Translations under genes and position numbers: made by a program | NCBI GenBank assembly: GCA_951406725.2 | Contig: OX597819.1 | Coordinates: forward strand, 105,028,001 to 105,092,000 | DNA from: Octopus vulgaris | Taxonomy: Eukaryota | Length of the DNA stretch: 64,000 nucleotides | Reading direction: 5' to 3' | The notes under the pieces: generated by a model | The model's database searches: none | Seen by the model: only the letters and a program-made list of their open reading frames with translations | What the model was told of the DNA's origin: nothing | In this document: positions 12,105 through 24,349 of the stretch, in pieces | Numbering within the stretch: the stretch's first letter is position 1 | Layout: each line of letters begins with the position of its first letter

Positions 12105-15100
12105 CTAAAACAAAGAGATATTAAACAACAATTTTAAATATCAAAAAGAAATTATTTGTATTCACATTAATGAAGAATATTTTAAGTGTATTAATGAAAC
12201 ATTTAATACCAAGACTTAATAGTTTACAGAAATTCTTGTGGGTAGTGAGGAATGTGGAGAGAAAAGCCAAGGAAGATGGTATTGGTCATTTGCTTAGCTG
12301 TTTCAAATGAATCAAAAGTGAAACATCTGCTATCAAGAGATAAGTGACAGAGTTTCAACTAGTAAACCTGAAGAAAGAAAGGGTGAGGGATTCATATATA
12401 GAGGAGGACGTAGTGTGACTTGCAAGAGTAGGTATAATCAAATGATCCAATAAGGAGAGAGATAGTAATGGAGGGGTACAGGCTGGATTTGAAGAGTAGA
12501 AACCATGACTGCTTGAGGAGTCAGTGTCCCAGTCAAAGATATAAAAGTAGATGAGAGGACTAACTGCTGCAAACAGTTCAATATATGAAACTATTTGGCC
12601 TCCATTCTAGCAGAGTTAATGTAGAAGTATCTGAGTCAGGAGCTTCAAGTAACTGTGAGACACATTGTGACAGATGTCCTTAATAGATGATGAGAGAGAG
12701 TCAAAGAACTGCTGATGATTGGAGTAGTTTGGAGAACAATGGAGAAAACTGTTGCAGTTAGAGGACTGGGGAAAAGAGGCTTTCAACCATAGTAAATGGA
12801 AATCTTTTTTAGTAACAATCAAGTGAGAAGACTCAGTGGTTTCTTTGTAATTTCAGACTGGCTTTTGGAAAGAAATTGGAATATTGACTGAAACCTTGAC
12901 AACACAAATTGTAAGCCATTGATCTGGTCCTAGGATGTTGGACCTTATGAGAAATACACTGTGTAGACTCAACATATGGAAACATGGACAATAAACTAAG
13001 GATAATTACAACGATATTATTATTTCTTTATAAGCCACAATGATTCAATTACAGTAACATTACAATAAATAATAGTGAATATAAAAACACTAACAGCTAC
13101 CTTAGTTCACTTTGACTTTATCACAACAAAATAATGCTAAGTCATAGAGTAAAAGGAACTGCAACAAGTGAAGAGAAACTAACTTGACTGATATTTACTT
13201 TTTTCATAACTACCACAAGGTATTTCATCTGATGCTCTACAAATTTTGCTACTTAATTTCCTAATAAATATTTCTAGTTTAGTTACACAGTCAGAAATTT
13301 TGAGGGAAGGGAAATAGTCGATTATGTTGAACCTTGTACTGGACTGGTTCCATTACTTTATTGATCCCAGAGAAATGAAAGGAAAAAGTAACTTCAACAG
13401 GACTTGAAAACAGAATGAGACAACCGAATAAAGGCATTTTGTCCAATACTAACAATCTTGCCAATCCAGAGCACTTTTGTGAGAGAGGATGTTAAATCAA
13501 TCATGTTGACACATGAATATTACAAGTACTTGTTAATTACAAAAGGACAAATGGCAAAATCCAACCATGACTATGTCTTAAAACACACAATGTTTTGTTA
13601 TAGATTTTTAGAAAGAAATACCGTGCTGTGAAGTTCATACTTCTCTCAAAGGTATTAATAGTATAGGATATATAACAGTTCCAACAGAGAATTAAAACTA
13701 TGTTACATACTTAGCTCACTAAGAACTTACCACCTTACTACACCATCTACCAAATCAATATTTTAAAAAATAAATTTGTCTGAATAAAAGAGATATGTAC
13801 AAGAGATGAACTAATTGTGTATTAACTTACAGAGTATAATACCAAAGTAAAGCTGGGATTAAAGGAGATTAGGATAATAATATACATGTATTAAGTTAGT
13901 TTAGCTGAAATGGCTGATACTAATTATGTTTTCTGCACTTTCTAGTAGAAAAGAAAATTAGCTGTTGTTGCAGCCCTTACATCAGCCCAGACAGAGCAAG
14001 CAGACCTATGATCAAAGACGATCTACCTCTGACAATGCTGTCTTTTATTTAGCTATAAGTATCTCGGACTACATTATCAATGTAACTTTTTTCTTTAAGA
14101 TAGTAGAAGGAAATTTCAGTATTTCTAGTAAACTGAGCTATAACATAGAGACTCCCTTGTTGGCTGATGTAAAGATGATCTTGGACTTGATGGAACAAAG
14201 GAAACTATGTTGGATGTTCAAAGAACTCTTGACATGCAAAAAAAAATGTCATTATTGTATTGATATTACTATTGAAGAGAAGACTAGAGGAAATAAACTT
14301 TATTATAATTATGGCACAAGAAAATCCATCCAAAAACTTCATTGAAAGAACAGTGCCAATAATTTCTCACATTAAAATGGTGGGTTTTTTTTTTTTAAAT
14401 CAAAACTATTTTCATAAGCAGACTGCTTCAAATTTTGTGGGAGAGTACAGTTAATTATGATTATATTGACTCCTATCACAATTCAACTCTGATAATTAAC
14501 CATTTCCAGATAAGTACCAGTTGAATTCCAAGATCAATATAATGACAAATGATAACTGTTTCTAACATAAGCACAAAGCCTGACTAAGAGGAAGTCAAAT
14601 TATACAGTCTCCAGTACTTGATTGGTACTTCATCAATCTGGAAAGAGTGAAAGGATTAGTTGACCTTGGTGGAACTCAGAATACAGAGTTGGAACAAATA
14701 CCACGCGGCATTTTGTCCAACACTAACAATCTACCAATCCATCGCCCTTAAATAAGTTTTTGCAGAGGCAAAGGTCAGAAATTTGGAAGGAAGGCCTAAT
14801 TAATTGCATCAACCCCAGTTTTGAACTGGTACTCTATTAACTCTACAAGGACAAAAGACAAATCTGACATATTAATTTCTTAAATTTAGAAGACTATGTT
14901 CCAATAGTTTTATTTCCATTTTGTTTGATTTTCTTTTTAGACAAATAGATCAGCAGTTCTTGAATAGGCTCTCACGACTAAATAGTGAACTATTTTGCTC
15001 CCAAAGTCACCCTAATGAGAAAAAAAATATAGTTTGCAACCAGATAATTCTACATTCTTTTGCCAATCTGTTAGAAATGTTTCAAAAATTGAAAATATAA

Positions 15101-17206
15101 TATTGAAAGTGTTATATAAATGGTTGTGTGGTTAAGAAGTTCATTTTGCAATCACATGATTACAGATTCAGACCCACTGTACAAAACCTTACACATGTGT
15201 CTTCTGTTATATCTCAGGGCCAATCAATGTCTTATGAGTGAATTTGGAAGATAGACAGAACCTGTGCAAAAGCTCACCGTCTATGTGTGAGTAGATATGC
15301 ATGTATATATATGTACATCTTAATATTTGTCTCACTGATTGACAACTGGTGTTGGTTTGTTTTACAACCCCATTACTAAGCAGTCTGGCAAAGAGGCAGA
15401 TAGAATAAGTACTACACTTAAAAATATGTAATTATCTAAACCTGGACATAACCACAGTCTAATGACTGAAACAAAAGAATGGGAAAATTTGCCCACCCCA
15501 GCCACTTCTTTTCAATTTTTATGCTAACCCACTCCAAGAGAAACACTGAGATAGATCTTATTTGCTAAAAAGGAAAGGTTATATTTAACTGACCAAATAC
15601 ATGGCAGTATTTTACTAGTGATCAGAAATCCATATCTGCTGCACCAACTGTTACTGCATAAACAGTACAAATTGATTTCTCTCGTAATACTTGTTGCGTT
15701 GTAGAAAATGTTAGCTTCACACACACATGACTGGTACTTATTTCTTTGACATCCTTCCAGCTGGATCTAAATTCAACAAGCAAACAGAGACACTATTGGG
15801 TCACTCGATTTGTTAGAAATAACAATCCACTCTCCCTCATATCACACCATACCGTCTTTCAAAATAGATTTTTTAAAATGAATTGAATAACGTAATCCTA
15901 GTTACAATATGTCTGGAAAATAAAACAGGAGGGACACTGCTGTAACGCCTTACTACCTGAAATAATCCCAATAACAACGTTGTCAATATAGAGCTGCATC
16001 TAAATTCAGAAGTGTGAAGTTTCAAATATGACATAGTAACACACAATCATATACCCTCTCTTACCATCTACCTTCCTGTAAGAAAGCAATCGATACATAT
16101 TAAATCTTTTCTCCTTCAGCGCTTTCATTATACATACAATATAGACATTTTTAAACGCCAACTGTTGACACTTAAAATGTTTTCTCATCGATATAAGTGT
16201 TAACAGAATCAAAAGCATTTCAGTATCTTGTTTTGTTTTTATAGCATATCTAGGAATACATGACGAAAGTAAAGAATACGTACACCCGGTGGTAAGGGCT
16301 GGGGTTTTTGTTACGCCGAAAACGGGTGATGTACATATTGTTTATCTCCACCGGAATACATTATCCAGGTAATCTGGCTCTTAAGGTAGTAGGTTGATTT
16401 GCGGGTGGGGGTGGGGGACTTGGCTGCTATTATGAGCAAGTTGGACAGCCAAGTAAAAGGTCAGTCGTAACTCGTTTATTTGTCTCACTGAGAGGTGGCA
16501 CGGAAGGAGTCAATCAATAGCTTATTCGTTGCTATTTAATCGAACATAGACTGGTGAAAAGTAAAAGGCTGCCAGGGACGCAAAGTTACTACAAAACTAG
16601 TGGTCCCTTTGCGTCTACAAGTGATCCCGGCACTTTATATATAAAATTACATAGCAAAGAGTCGTTTTGGCCATCAGAGAACGCACAAAAATGTATTTCA
16701 TGCATTTTTTAATTGTATTAATTATTCAATTTTATATGGAATATGAAAAGCTTTCGCCAACTCTTCCACGACCGGGTCAACTGCACAATTTCACACCACC
16801 TCTTTACATTCATACATACATATTATACAAGCTGAATGTACAAACTGTACTCAATATATGTCTGAGCCAACGCATAAAAGAGAGAAACTTGGAATAGCAA
16901 AAGAGAAAAAAAAATCATCAATTTCGAATGACTATATATATATATATATATATGATCGATAGTCTGAATTTTATTTGCGCTGCTTCATTTAAAGTTTATA
17001 TTCCAAAGAATTTTCAGACAGCGATTTTCTTTAGTAAAATGGGTTGTCTTTTTTATTTATTTATTTATTTATTACATTGACATTAGGGTGCAGCTTTTTT
17101 TTTTTTTTTTTTAAGGGAGAGAGTAACCATCATGCGTTACCAAAAATGGCATAAAAGAAAGGAGCACTCTTAGAATCGAAAGCGGGTGGCGAACGTAGTT
17201 CCCCAT

Positions 17207-17274
17207 GAACTCCGCCTCGCAACCGCATCACCTGTCACAAACATAAATTATGTTGATGTCTTACAAACCCATTC
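17207..17274 (-). ncRNA. Candidate pre-miRNA-like hairpin A (dynein intron 1)
   Basis: On the minus strand the arm UUUGUAAGACAUCAAC pairs, largely through G-U pairs, with GUGAUGCGGUUGCGAG. Same 17-mer as hairpin B. Confidence 0.3.
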
Positions 17275-17680
17275 CCAACGCCGACAACAGCTGACAACGA
17301 TAACGGGTTAAAAAAAAATGTTAAGATATGCATACAAATACCATTATATGCACAATTTTATATCACGATAGGCTTTAACATCAAAATAAATATTAAATAT
17401 GGTCACAAAATGCTAAAGAATGAAAGAGTTGAGCTGTACTCAAAAATAGAAGGCGTTAGCTTTAAAGAAGAACGGCCATAATACTTTTCATTCTCACCCA
17501 CACACACACATAGAAAAGCATATTTTCTAAGACAATAAGATATAGATAATTGATTCAATACTGATATACAACTTATATTTATTACATCCACTCATCTCTT
17601 TCCTTGCTGACGGATGAAAGACAATGTCGAAGCATTAACTGTATTTGAGAAGAAAAACGGACGGCTGCAACCTCCATAAT

Positions 17681-17770
17681 GAAGCTTAAAAAACAGACGA
17701 TTTATAAGACTTCATCAATCTTACAGACATACATGGAAATTGTTGATGTCTTACAAAGTCAAAAGGCTTC
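17681..17770 (-). ncRNA. Candidate pre-miRNA-like hairpin B (dynein intron 1)
   Basis: On the minus strand UUUGUAAGAC pairs with GUCUUAUAAA, AUCAA with UUGAU, and basal GAAGC with GCUUC. Shares a 17-mer with the hairpin at 17207-17274. Confidence 0.35.
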
Positions 17771-17903
17771 TGTGAATACAGAATGCAATGCTTTAATACA
17801 GTATGCCTATCTCAACAGCATTAATTAAATGAATTTAAGCCGGAATCGTTCCAATCTCCTCGCAGCCGCGACTTAAAAAAATAATGACAAATCAAAAGCT
17901 TAC

Positions 17904-18002
17904 ATCTTTTATCTTGCGACGTTGTTCCTTTTCTTGTCTCTCTTTTCTCATCTGCTCTAGACGAGCTTTCTTGCGTTCTAACTCCGCTTTTCGGTCAGAC
18001 AT
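17904..18002 (-). CDS. DYNC1I: Cytoplasmic dynein 1 intermediate chain, coding exon 1
   Basis: Translates [33 protein letters not shown], matching the N-terminal coiled coil of dynein IC (vertebrate [36 protein letters not shown]). Ends at a gtaagc donor, phase 0. Confidence 0.92.
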
Positions 18003-18856
18003 CTTTGTCCGTCAATCTGTGAGGATATCAGTGAAGATAATTTCTCAATACCCACCACAGACGTCTCGTCCACAGGAAGACATTACTCACAAGATGACGT
18101 CACTCCCCACCTCTTATTTAATATACAGAGCTAGCTAAACTCAGCTGTACACTAATAACGAAATATATAATTTAGCATTTCAAGCCAAATATATACTACA
18201 GATTATGCACATAATAAACGGTGTACAGATTTTATATCTATATAAACATTAAAATAGCGAAAACTTTATTATATTACGTTATAAAAATGTAAAGGCTTTG
18301 AAAACTAAAAAAAACAACTTCTATTAAGAATTGGTTATTTTACTAATAAAAGTTGTTACTAAATATTCTAAATTATTTTATGGTAAAGCAAAATAAATTG
18401 CAGAAAACAATATGAAATAAGAAGAAAAAAGAAAATTAAGCTGCTAGCTCACAAAGGTACAGCTGTTATTATTTGGAGGTCACGTGATTGACGTACGTTT
18501 CATAATAAATAAACGAAACGTCAATTTGACCCTCGATCACCTTGTCCCACGTGGTTGTAACACAGCAAAGATTTTGCGTGGTCATCTAATATTAACAACG
18601 ACCACAATAGTAATGCTTTATTGTTTGGGCACAAAGGAAATTTTGTAAGGGAACAAATAACTGATGCCAGTTCATGAATTGAACTTCACCGTCCTTTGAA
18701 GAATGGAAGCAAACTTCATCCCTAGCTTGAATTGACTTCAGAACAGAAATCTCTAAGCTAGGAACTATTTCCTTAGTATCTAATGTTGCTTTTTAATGAT
18801 CTGTGATAATTGTACTAATGATAATATAAAATTAAGCGGAATAATAACTGTTTACT
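18003..18856. promoter_or_regulatory. Probable bidirectional promoter region for DYNC1I and SDHAF3
   Basis: Divergent start codons about 850 bp apart; locally retained CpGs; CRE palindrome TGACGTCA 18095-18102; GTCACGTGAT E-box 18479-18488; CACGTG 18548-18553. Confidence 0.65.
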
Positions 18857-19036
18857 ATGGCGAGTAATTCAGGACATGTGAGACGTGTAAAAGCCTTGTA
18901 TAAAGCTATTTTGAAAATCCATCTGGGCCTTCCCATTCATTACAGAGCAATCGGAGACCAATATGTTAAAGATGAGTTTCGCCGTAACAAAACTTCAGAC
19001 ACCAAGCAAACAGATATCTTTATGCATGAATGGACG
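18857..19036 (+). CDS. SDHAF3: Succinate dehydrogenase assembly factor 3 (ACN9/LYRM10), exon 1
   Basis: MASNSGHVRRVKALYKAILKIHLGLP...GDQYVKDEFRRNK...FMHEWT has the LYR-type motif and the diagnostic GDQYVKDEFRR. Donor gtaggg at 19037, phase 0. Confidence 0.95.
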
Positions 19037-20139
19037 GTAGGGTCCTTTTATTCTTGTATGCGTGTATGTTTGTTATTACACGGGCAAAGACAACTGAACG
19101 GGGTGCGTAGAAACATAGAATTACGGAGTTTTGACACTGAAGAAAAGTTTCACCCCCACAAAAAATTGGGTAGTGTTACCTGTACTGATAAGAAAAGGGA
19201 AAAAAAAATTGGGGTGAAAAAAAAAAGCTAGAATGGTAATTTCAGGTCTATGAAGTGTGAAAAAAAAATCATATGAGGTACAACTACTCTGAATAAATTC
19301 ATGGTATTTAGATATTTATAATTATTGTTGCTTAACTCAGAAAAATTAAGCCATTATCTACATAAATAAAAACACCCGTTATGTACATAGTGCACCTGAG
19401 CACTGTATACAATAATTTCATTATTATTATTACAAAGTAATGATGGCATGAAAGTAAAGGGAAATGTTTTTTTCATGGCTTTGTTGGGGAAGGAAGGGCT
19501 TGGCCCCTCAAGACGGATAAAGTTAATTTCAAACTGGAGACCTGGCTCAAATACTTACAACAGAGAAGACTCCATTGAAAGTACCCAAGTACAAGATGGT
19601 AATGTTAAAACAGCTAATGAATTAAATCTACCATCCAAGAATGCAACAGACCCTCCAACAAACTTCTGCAGTTTTTACCTAACAAATTTCCCTCACAAGG
19701 CTTTAGTTGACCCACAGCTATGTTAGAAGACCTCTGTTCAGACTGTCACACTGTGCAATCAAACAGAAATGAGAGAATTTCAGTAGATTGTCATCTAGTT
19801 TAACATCATGAGCTAATCTTCTGGTATCTTTAGTGTAATCTACTCTGTTGCAAACGTTTGAGCCAGGTCTCCAGTCTTAGGATACTTTCTTCTCTCTTGC
19901 CCTTCTGAATCCAGAGACCCTGGAAGATATCCTCAAACTAGACTGTTCTTCCTTCTTGATTAATGGTAAAAAAAAATTATGCCTTCACCCAATTCTATTG
20001 AAGAATAAACTTCTAATTTTTCTCTCCCATCTTACAAATGTTCTTAAATTTATGTTTATTTTCCTGCTAACATAGTTTAGACGAATATATTATTGCTTCC
20101 CTTCAGTAAGCAACATCCTCTCCTCTCCAACATGGACTA

Positions 20140-20965
20140 ATTCCAACAGGGAGATGGATGAAGCTCTGTTACAGTGGAGAGAGCATGGTTTGTCAGTTCC
20201 TATTACAGTTGAGGATTGATGGAAATAGAGAGTATGGGACAATCTGTGTTCAGGTGTTACTTTCAACTCCCTCCTTGATCAATTTTCAAGGTGTTGCCTA
20301 CTTTTTCTTGTGCAAAATTCTTGGGGGACTCAATTGATGCCCTGTCTACTCAGCCTTGGTGAGCTCTGCATCTCCATCACACTCAGAATGGGAGCTGACG
20401 TCTGTAGGGGGACTGAGATGTTACTGTGGTAGGTCCCTTGATCCCACAAGTCTTCAGAATCTGTCATGCCACTTAAATGCTTGTCGTTTCACTTGTCACA
20501 CCGAGTTAAACTTAATCATTAAATGAGCCCTAGCTCAGATTAATATCCCCTCAGTTCTGGAGCCAGTGGGATTATCCAGAAGTGATGGGAAGAGATCAGA
20601 TGGTCTCACCCTCTGACCCTGGGTAAGATGTAGGTGCTTCATCTGGGATGCTACAGTCTGTGACTCTTTTGTTCCCTCTCACATCCTGGATGCTGCAGTA
20701 AATGGGAGAGTCACTGCTTCCATAACTGAATGGAACAAAACCCTGAAGTATCAGGATGTGGCAGTAAACTATCTCTTCCAATATGTGGTATTTCAGACAT
20801 TTGGAGGGACTGGGCCACTAACGGTGAAGTTCTTGTCATTGTTGGCAGCTAGCCTTACAGAGAAGTTAGGTGATACCCATGAGGGTGCTTGACTTTTCCA
20901 ATGCCCCAGCCTCACTATCACCTGTGGTAATGCTGCAAGCATGCTGGCTTGCTTCAGTAAGTTCT
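20140..20965 (+). mobile_element. CRE-clade non-LTR retrotransposon 3' fragment (restriction-like endonuclease), in SDHAF3 intron
   Basis: Decayed translation HTELNLIIK.ALAQINIPSVLEPVGLSRSDGKRSDGLTL.PW...IWDATV...TFGG.GP...GD..E...GNAASML fits the CRE RLE pattern (RH..LN...LEP.GL...DGKRPDG...WD.T...RGNAAS). Confidence 0.78.
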
Positions 20966-21169
20966 GTTGAACCTTGTGTTGTGCAACCCATTGAAGCACT
21001 TGGTGCTGCATTGATGTTTTTTTCCTTTCTTTTCTTTCTCCCCTTTTTTTTATTACTTTGTCTTTCTTTTGTAAAATATATTATTGAAGCATTGTCCTTC
21101 CTACCACTAACCTTTGCCTGTTTTTCAAATAAGAGATCTCTTATTTCATACCTCTTTGAAGGTGTAAAT

Positions 21170-21428
21170 CAGTGGTCCTCAACAAGGGTCCATATGACCC
21201 TTGGAAGTTCATGTAAGATTTTGTTGTTAAAATTAATGTGCAATAAAATTGGTTATACATCTACAATACACAAAATATTTTTAACAATTTTTTTTATACA
21301 ATTCCTAATAATATTTAATTATAAAAATATCATAGGAATTTTTAAGCATCGAATGGTTATGAGAATTCATTCAATTAACATTGGAATCAAAAGGATCCAC
21401 TGGAGAAAAAAATTGTTGAGAAACACTG
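21170..21428. mobile_element. hAT (Buster-type) MITE
   Basis: TIRs CAGTGGTCCTCAAC / GTTGAGAAACACTG; degenerate 8-bp TSD gtgtaaat/gtgtgaag; body related to 49642-49949. Confidence 0.7.
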
Positions 21429-22196
21429 GTGTGAAGCAAGTAGATAATTTGTTGACAGGAGAAGCAACAACAACACTGCCCATAGCTTGTGATTTCCATA
21501 GAGCACAAATGTAAATTAACACATGCACATACTTCAGGTGTTATTAAATTTCAATCCAGATTCAATCAAAAGTTTTAGTTGGCCCAGAGTTATAATAAAA
21601 GACACTTGCACTGGGGGACTGAACTTGAAATCACATGCTTGGGAAATGAACTTCTCAACAAGTAACAGCTATATAGTTAATGATTGCTAATATACCTAAT
21701 GTAGTGAATCAGAAAAGTTCTAACAGGTTAATATTACACAAGAAGTGAGGAAAGTTAAAAAAAAAAAAAACTCTATTAAGCTTAGTGATAAAATTCTGGA
21801 AAAGGGAGACAACCCTGAAATTTAAATTATAAGTAGAATGAGAGCACAAATGCAGTGGAGAATTAGTTTATCATTGTAAGTATAACTGTAAACCTGTTTC
21901 AGTTTTGATAGACTTCCTCATCAAAGCTTTCTCTTACCACTACATGTCAAATCCGAGATAACGGAGAAGTATAAATAGTCAGAGGGATAAACACAAAATG
22001 ATGTAACAACACAAAAGAATACCTGGAATTGTAGGACTGATTACTGAGGGATACCACCTCAGGGAAAATAAATAGTTAAGCTTTAAACTAAAACAGTGAG
22101 CTTAAAACGTCTTCTAATAAAAAATTAACATTCAAAATGAAGACAGGAAAAAAAAAACACTTGATTAATGATTGTTTACTTTTCTTTATTTTACAG

Positions 22197-22361
22197 AAAT
22201 ATTATGTGACTATAGCTAAACAGCTCAGTCACAAAAATCGCACTGGAGTGATTGGAGAAAATTTGTCCTCAGACTTTTTGGATTGCTTTAGTTCAGAACA
22301 ACTTGGTCAACTCTATGAATTGTTCCAAGAAACACAGAAACCTCTAAAAGATAAGGAATAA
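22197..22361 (+). CDS. SDHAF3: SDHAF3 exon 2 (terminal)
   Basis: Pyrimidine tract plus ttacag acceptor; KYYVTIAKQL...GENLSSDFLDCFSSEQLGQLYELFQETQKP* (cf. human FRDEQIGQLQELMQEATKP). AATAAA at 22466-22471. Total 114 aa. Confidence 0.93.
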   Translation, partial: KYYVTIAKQLSHKNRTGVIGENLSSDFLDCFSSEQLGQLYELFQETQKPLKDKE

Positions 22362-23299
22362 GGAAACATCAATTGATATTTATTGCTTTTTGACAACAAA
22401 AAGTAGTTTTATTTATTTTTTTACAACCCAACATGTTTCCTTATCACCAGTGTTAAATTTTTTACAATAAATTCAAGTGAGTTTCTAGGTGTCAGTATGT
22501 TTAATTACTGTGAGGAGTGGAAAACTTTGCAGTTTTGTTATTTCTATCATTTAGTCAGGAAGAAAATGTAGTGCCTATGACCCCTTAAAGGCCTCCAAGA
22601 CTAGTAAGACAGAGAGAGGAAGGTATCCTGAAATCAGAATCATGGCCTGAATGCATGCAACTGAGTGGACCCTGTTAAATTCACTCAAAGTACAGGTGTT
22701 GATGTTAAACAAGATGATAGATTTAGTCTGTAACACAAATAGCTACAACAGGATCTGAACTCAGAATGCAAACAGTTGGAATAAATGCAAGGTACCTTGC
22801 CTGACATTCTTACATTTTTAGCAGTCCACAACTCTAGATTAGTACTATATTTATCAACTCCAAGAGGATGAAAGGCAAAGTTAACATCAGTGGGATTTGA
22901 ACACAGAATATAAGAAACCAAAATAAATACCACAAGGTATTTCATCCAATTTTCAAACTACAAAAATGAGTCTTCAAAATCCTCATTACAAAATATATTT
23001 TTTTCCACTTTTCATAGCAACTAAATTTACTGAGGCCTGCAAAAATTCATAGATCAATAGATGTATAAAATTTTGTGGGGAAAGTATCCCGAAACCAGAA
23101 TCCTGGTTTGGGGATACTTTCCAAAATTAGAATATTGTTGACACACAGACCTTTAGCTAATATTTTCAAATTCTGGATTTCAGTCTTTAAACTTTCAAGT
23201 TTTGATTGTCCCCATTTTCTATCTTGTCATAGACTTGAACACTCTTTACAGAATAAAAACTTTAAACGCTTTTTAAACTGTTTTTTGTCTTCAGTCAGT

Positions 23300-24230
23300 A
23301 ATGGAATGGATCAAAGCTTTTGACCCATCTCACTTACAATGTCTTCATTATACTCTAATATAACATTTTTATCCACTACCATACTCTTACAACTATAAGT
23401 CCATTCCTCTCATCATAAAATCATCACATTCTCTTTTTATAGACAATTTTGTCATCTTCATTCTACAGTGTATTTTTATGTCTCCACAATGAAAGCACTC
23501 GACTTTTTTAAATGGACAATTTTTCCTCGGGTGTATACCTCCACATACAAAACATGGGTTTATTTCCTAATTTTTGTCATGTTTTTTAGAAAGCACTTTA
23601 TCTCTGTTCTGACTATTTCACACTTGTTTTACTTGGAAACAATCTTTATGTTCAGTTTCCTCTGTGTCATGTTTTAATTTGACTATCCTTTCACATTCTT
23701 CTGACACTTGCTGTAGGGTTACATCCTGGTTTTGTTCCAGCTTTGTGAGAATTCTAGTTCTAACTTCTGTGTCCTTTTCAGAAGTAAGTCCCTGTGTAAA
23801 AATCAGGCATTTGAACATATGTAGCATTAATTCATTCAGCTTAAACTTTTCACATTCTCTGTTAACTCTACCAGTATATGTGATGTGTCCTCATCATTGT
23901 TTTTCTCTATGTTTAGACACTACCAACATGTATTAAACAATGAACTTTTTTCACTGAAAACTTTTCACAATATCTCTATTGTGTCATTAAAGTTTATGCT
24001 CAAAGGTTTTCTTGAGAGTACATAATTACTGTATCATTCATGACGACTTCAATAATTGCAACATTTATTGCTGTAATATTATTTATTGTTGTTGCTTTAA
24101 CAGTTGTGTCTGCTGCTTTTGTTGTTGTTGGTGTTATTCTTGCAGTTGTAGCTGCTGCTGTTGTTCTTTCAGTTGTTGTTGCTATTTTTGCAACTCAAGC
24201 AAACTGTCAAAAGTGAAACAATTACATCTC
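23300..24230 (-). mobile_element. Ty3/Gypsy (Mag-like) gag remnant
   Basis: Q-rich N-terminus, FSEKSSLFN, FKCLIFTQGL...D.EVRTRIL.KLE...TLQQV.EEC.R, followed by decayed Cys/His knuckles. Confidence 0.7.
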
Positions 24231-24349
24231 GATTGTAATGTCATTTACTTTCAGTTTTAACACTGAAACTATTATCTCACATATATACATGCATACACAC
24301 ACACTCACACACAATATGTATGTATGTGTGTGTGTATATATATATATAT

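Noticed and set aside
12230-12960. Possible LINE endonuclease relic on the minus strand (also 61080-61380)
   Set aside because: Too decayed to support a family call without a search.
19037-19231. C-terminal half of the 124-aa ORF at 18857
   Set aside because: Intron read-through; SDHAF3 similarity stops at the 19036 donor and resumes at 22197.
20870-21514. 214-aa hydrophobic ORF
   Set aside because: It crosses the CRE relic tail, a T-rich tract and a hAT MITE; chance open frame.
24060-24200. Poly-Gln / poly-Cys ORF
   Set aside because: Low-complexity N-terminus of the Gypsy gag relic, with stops; not a host gene.
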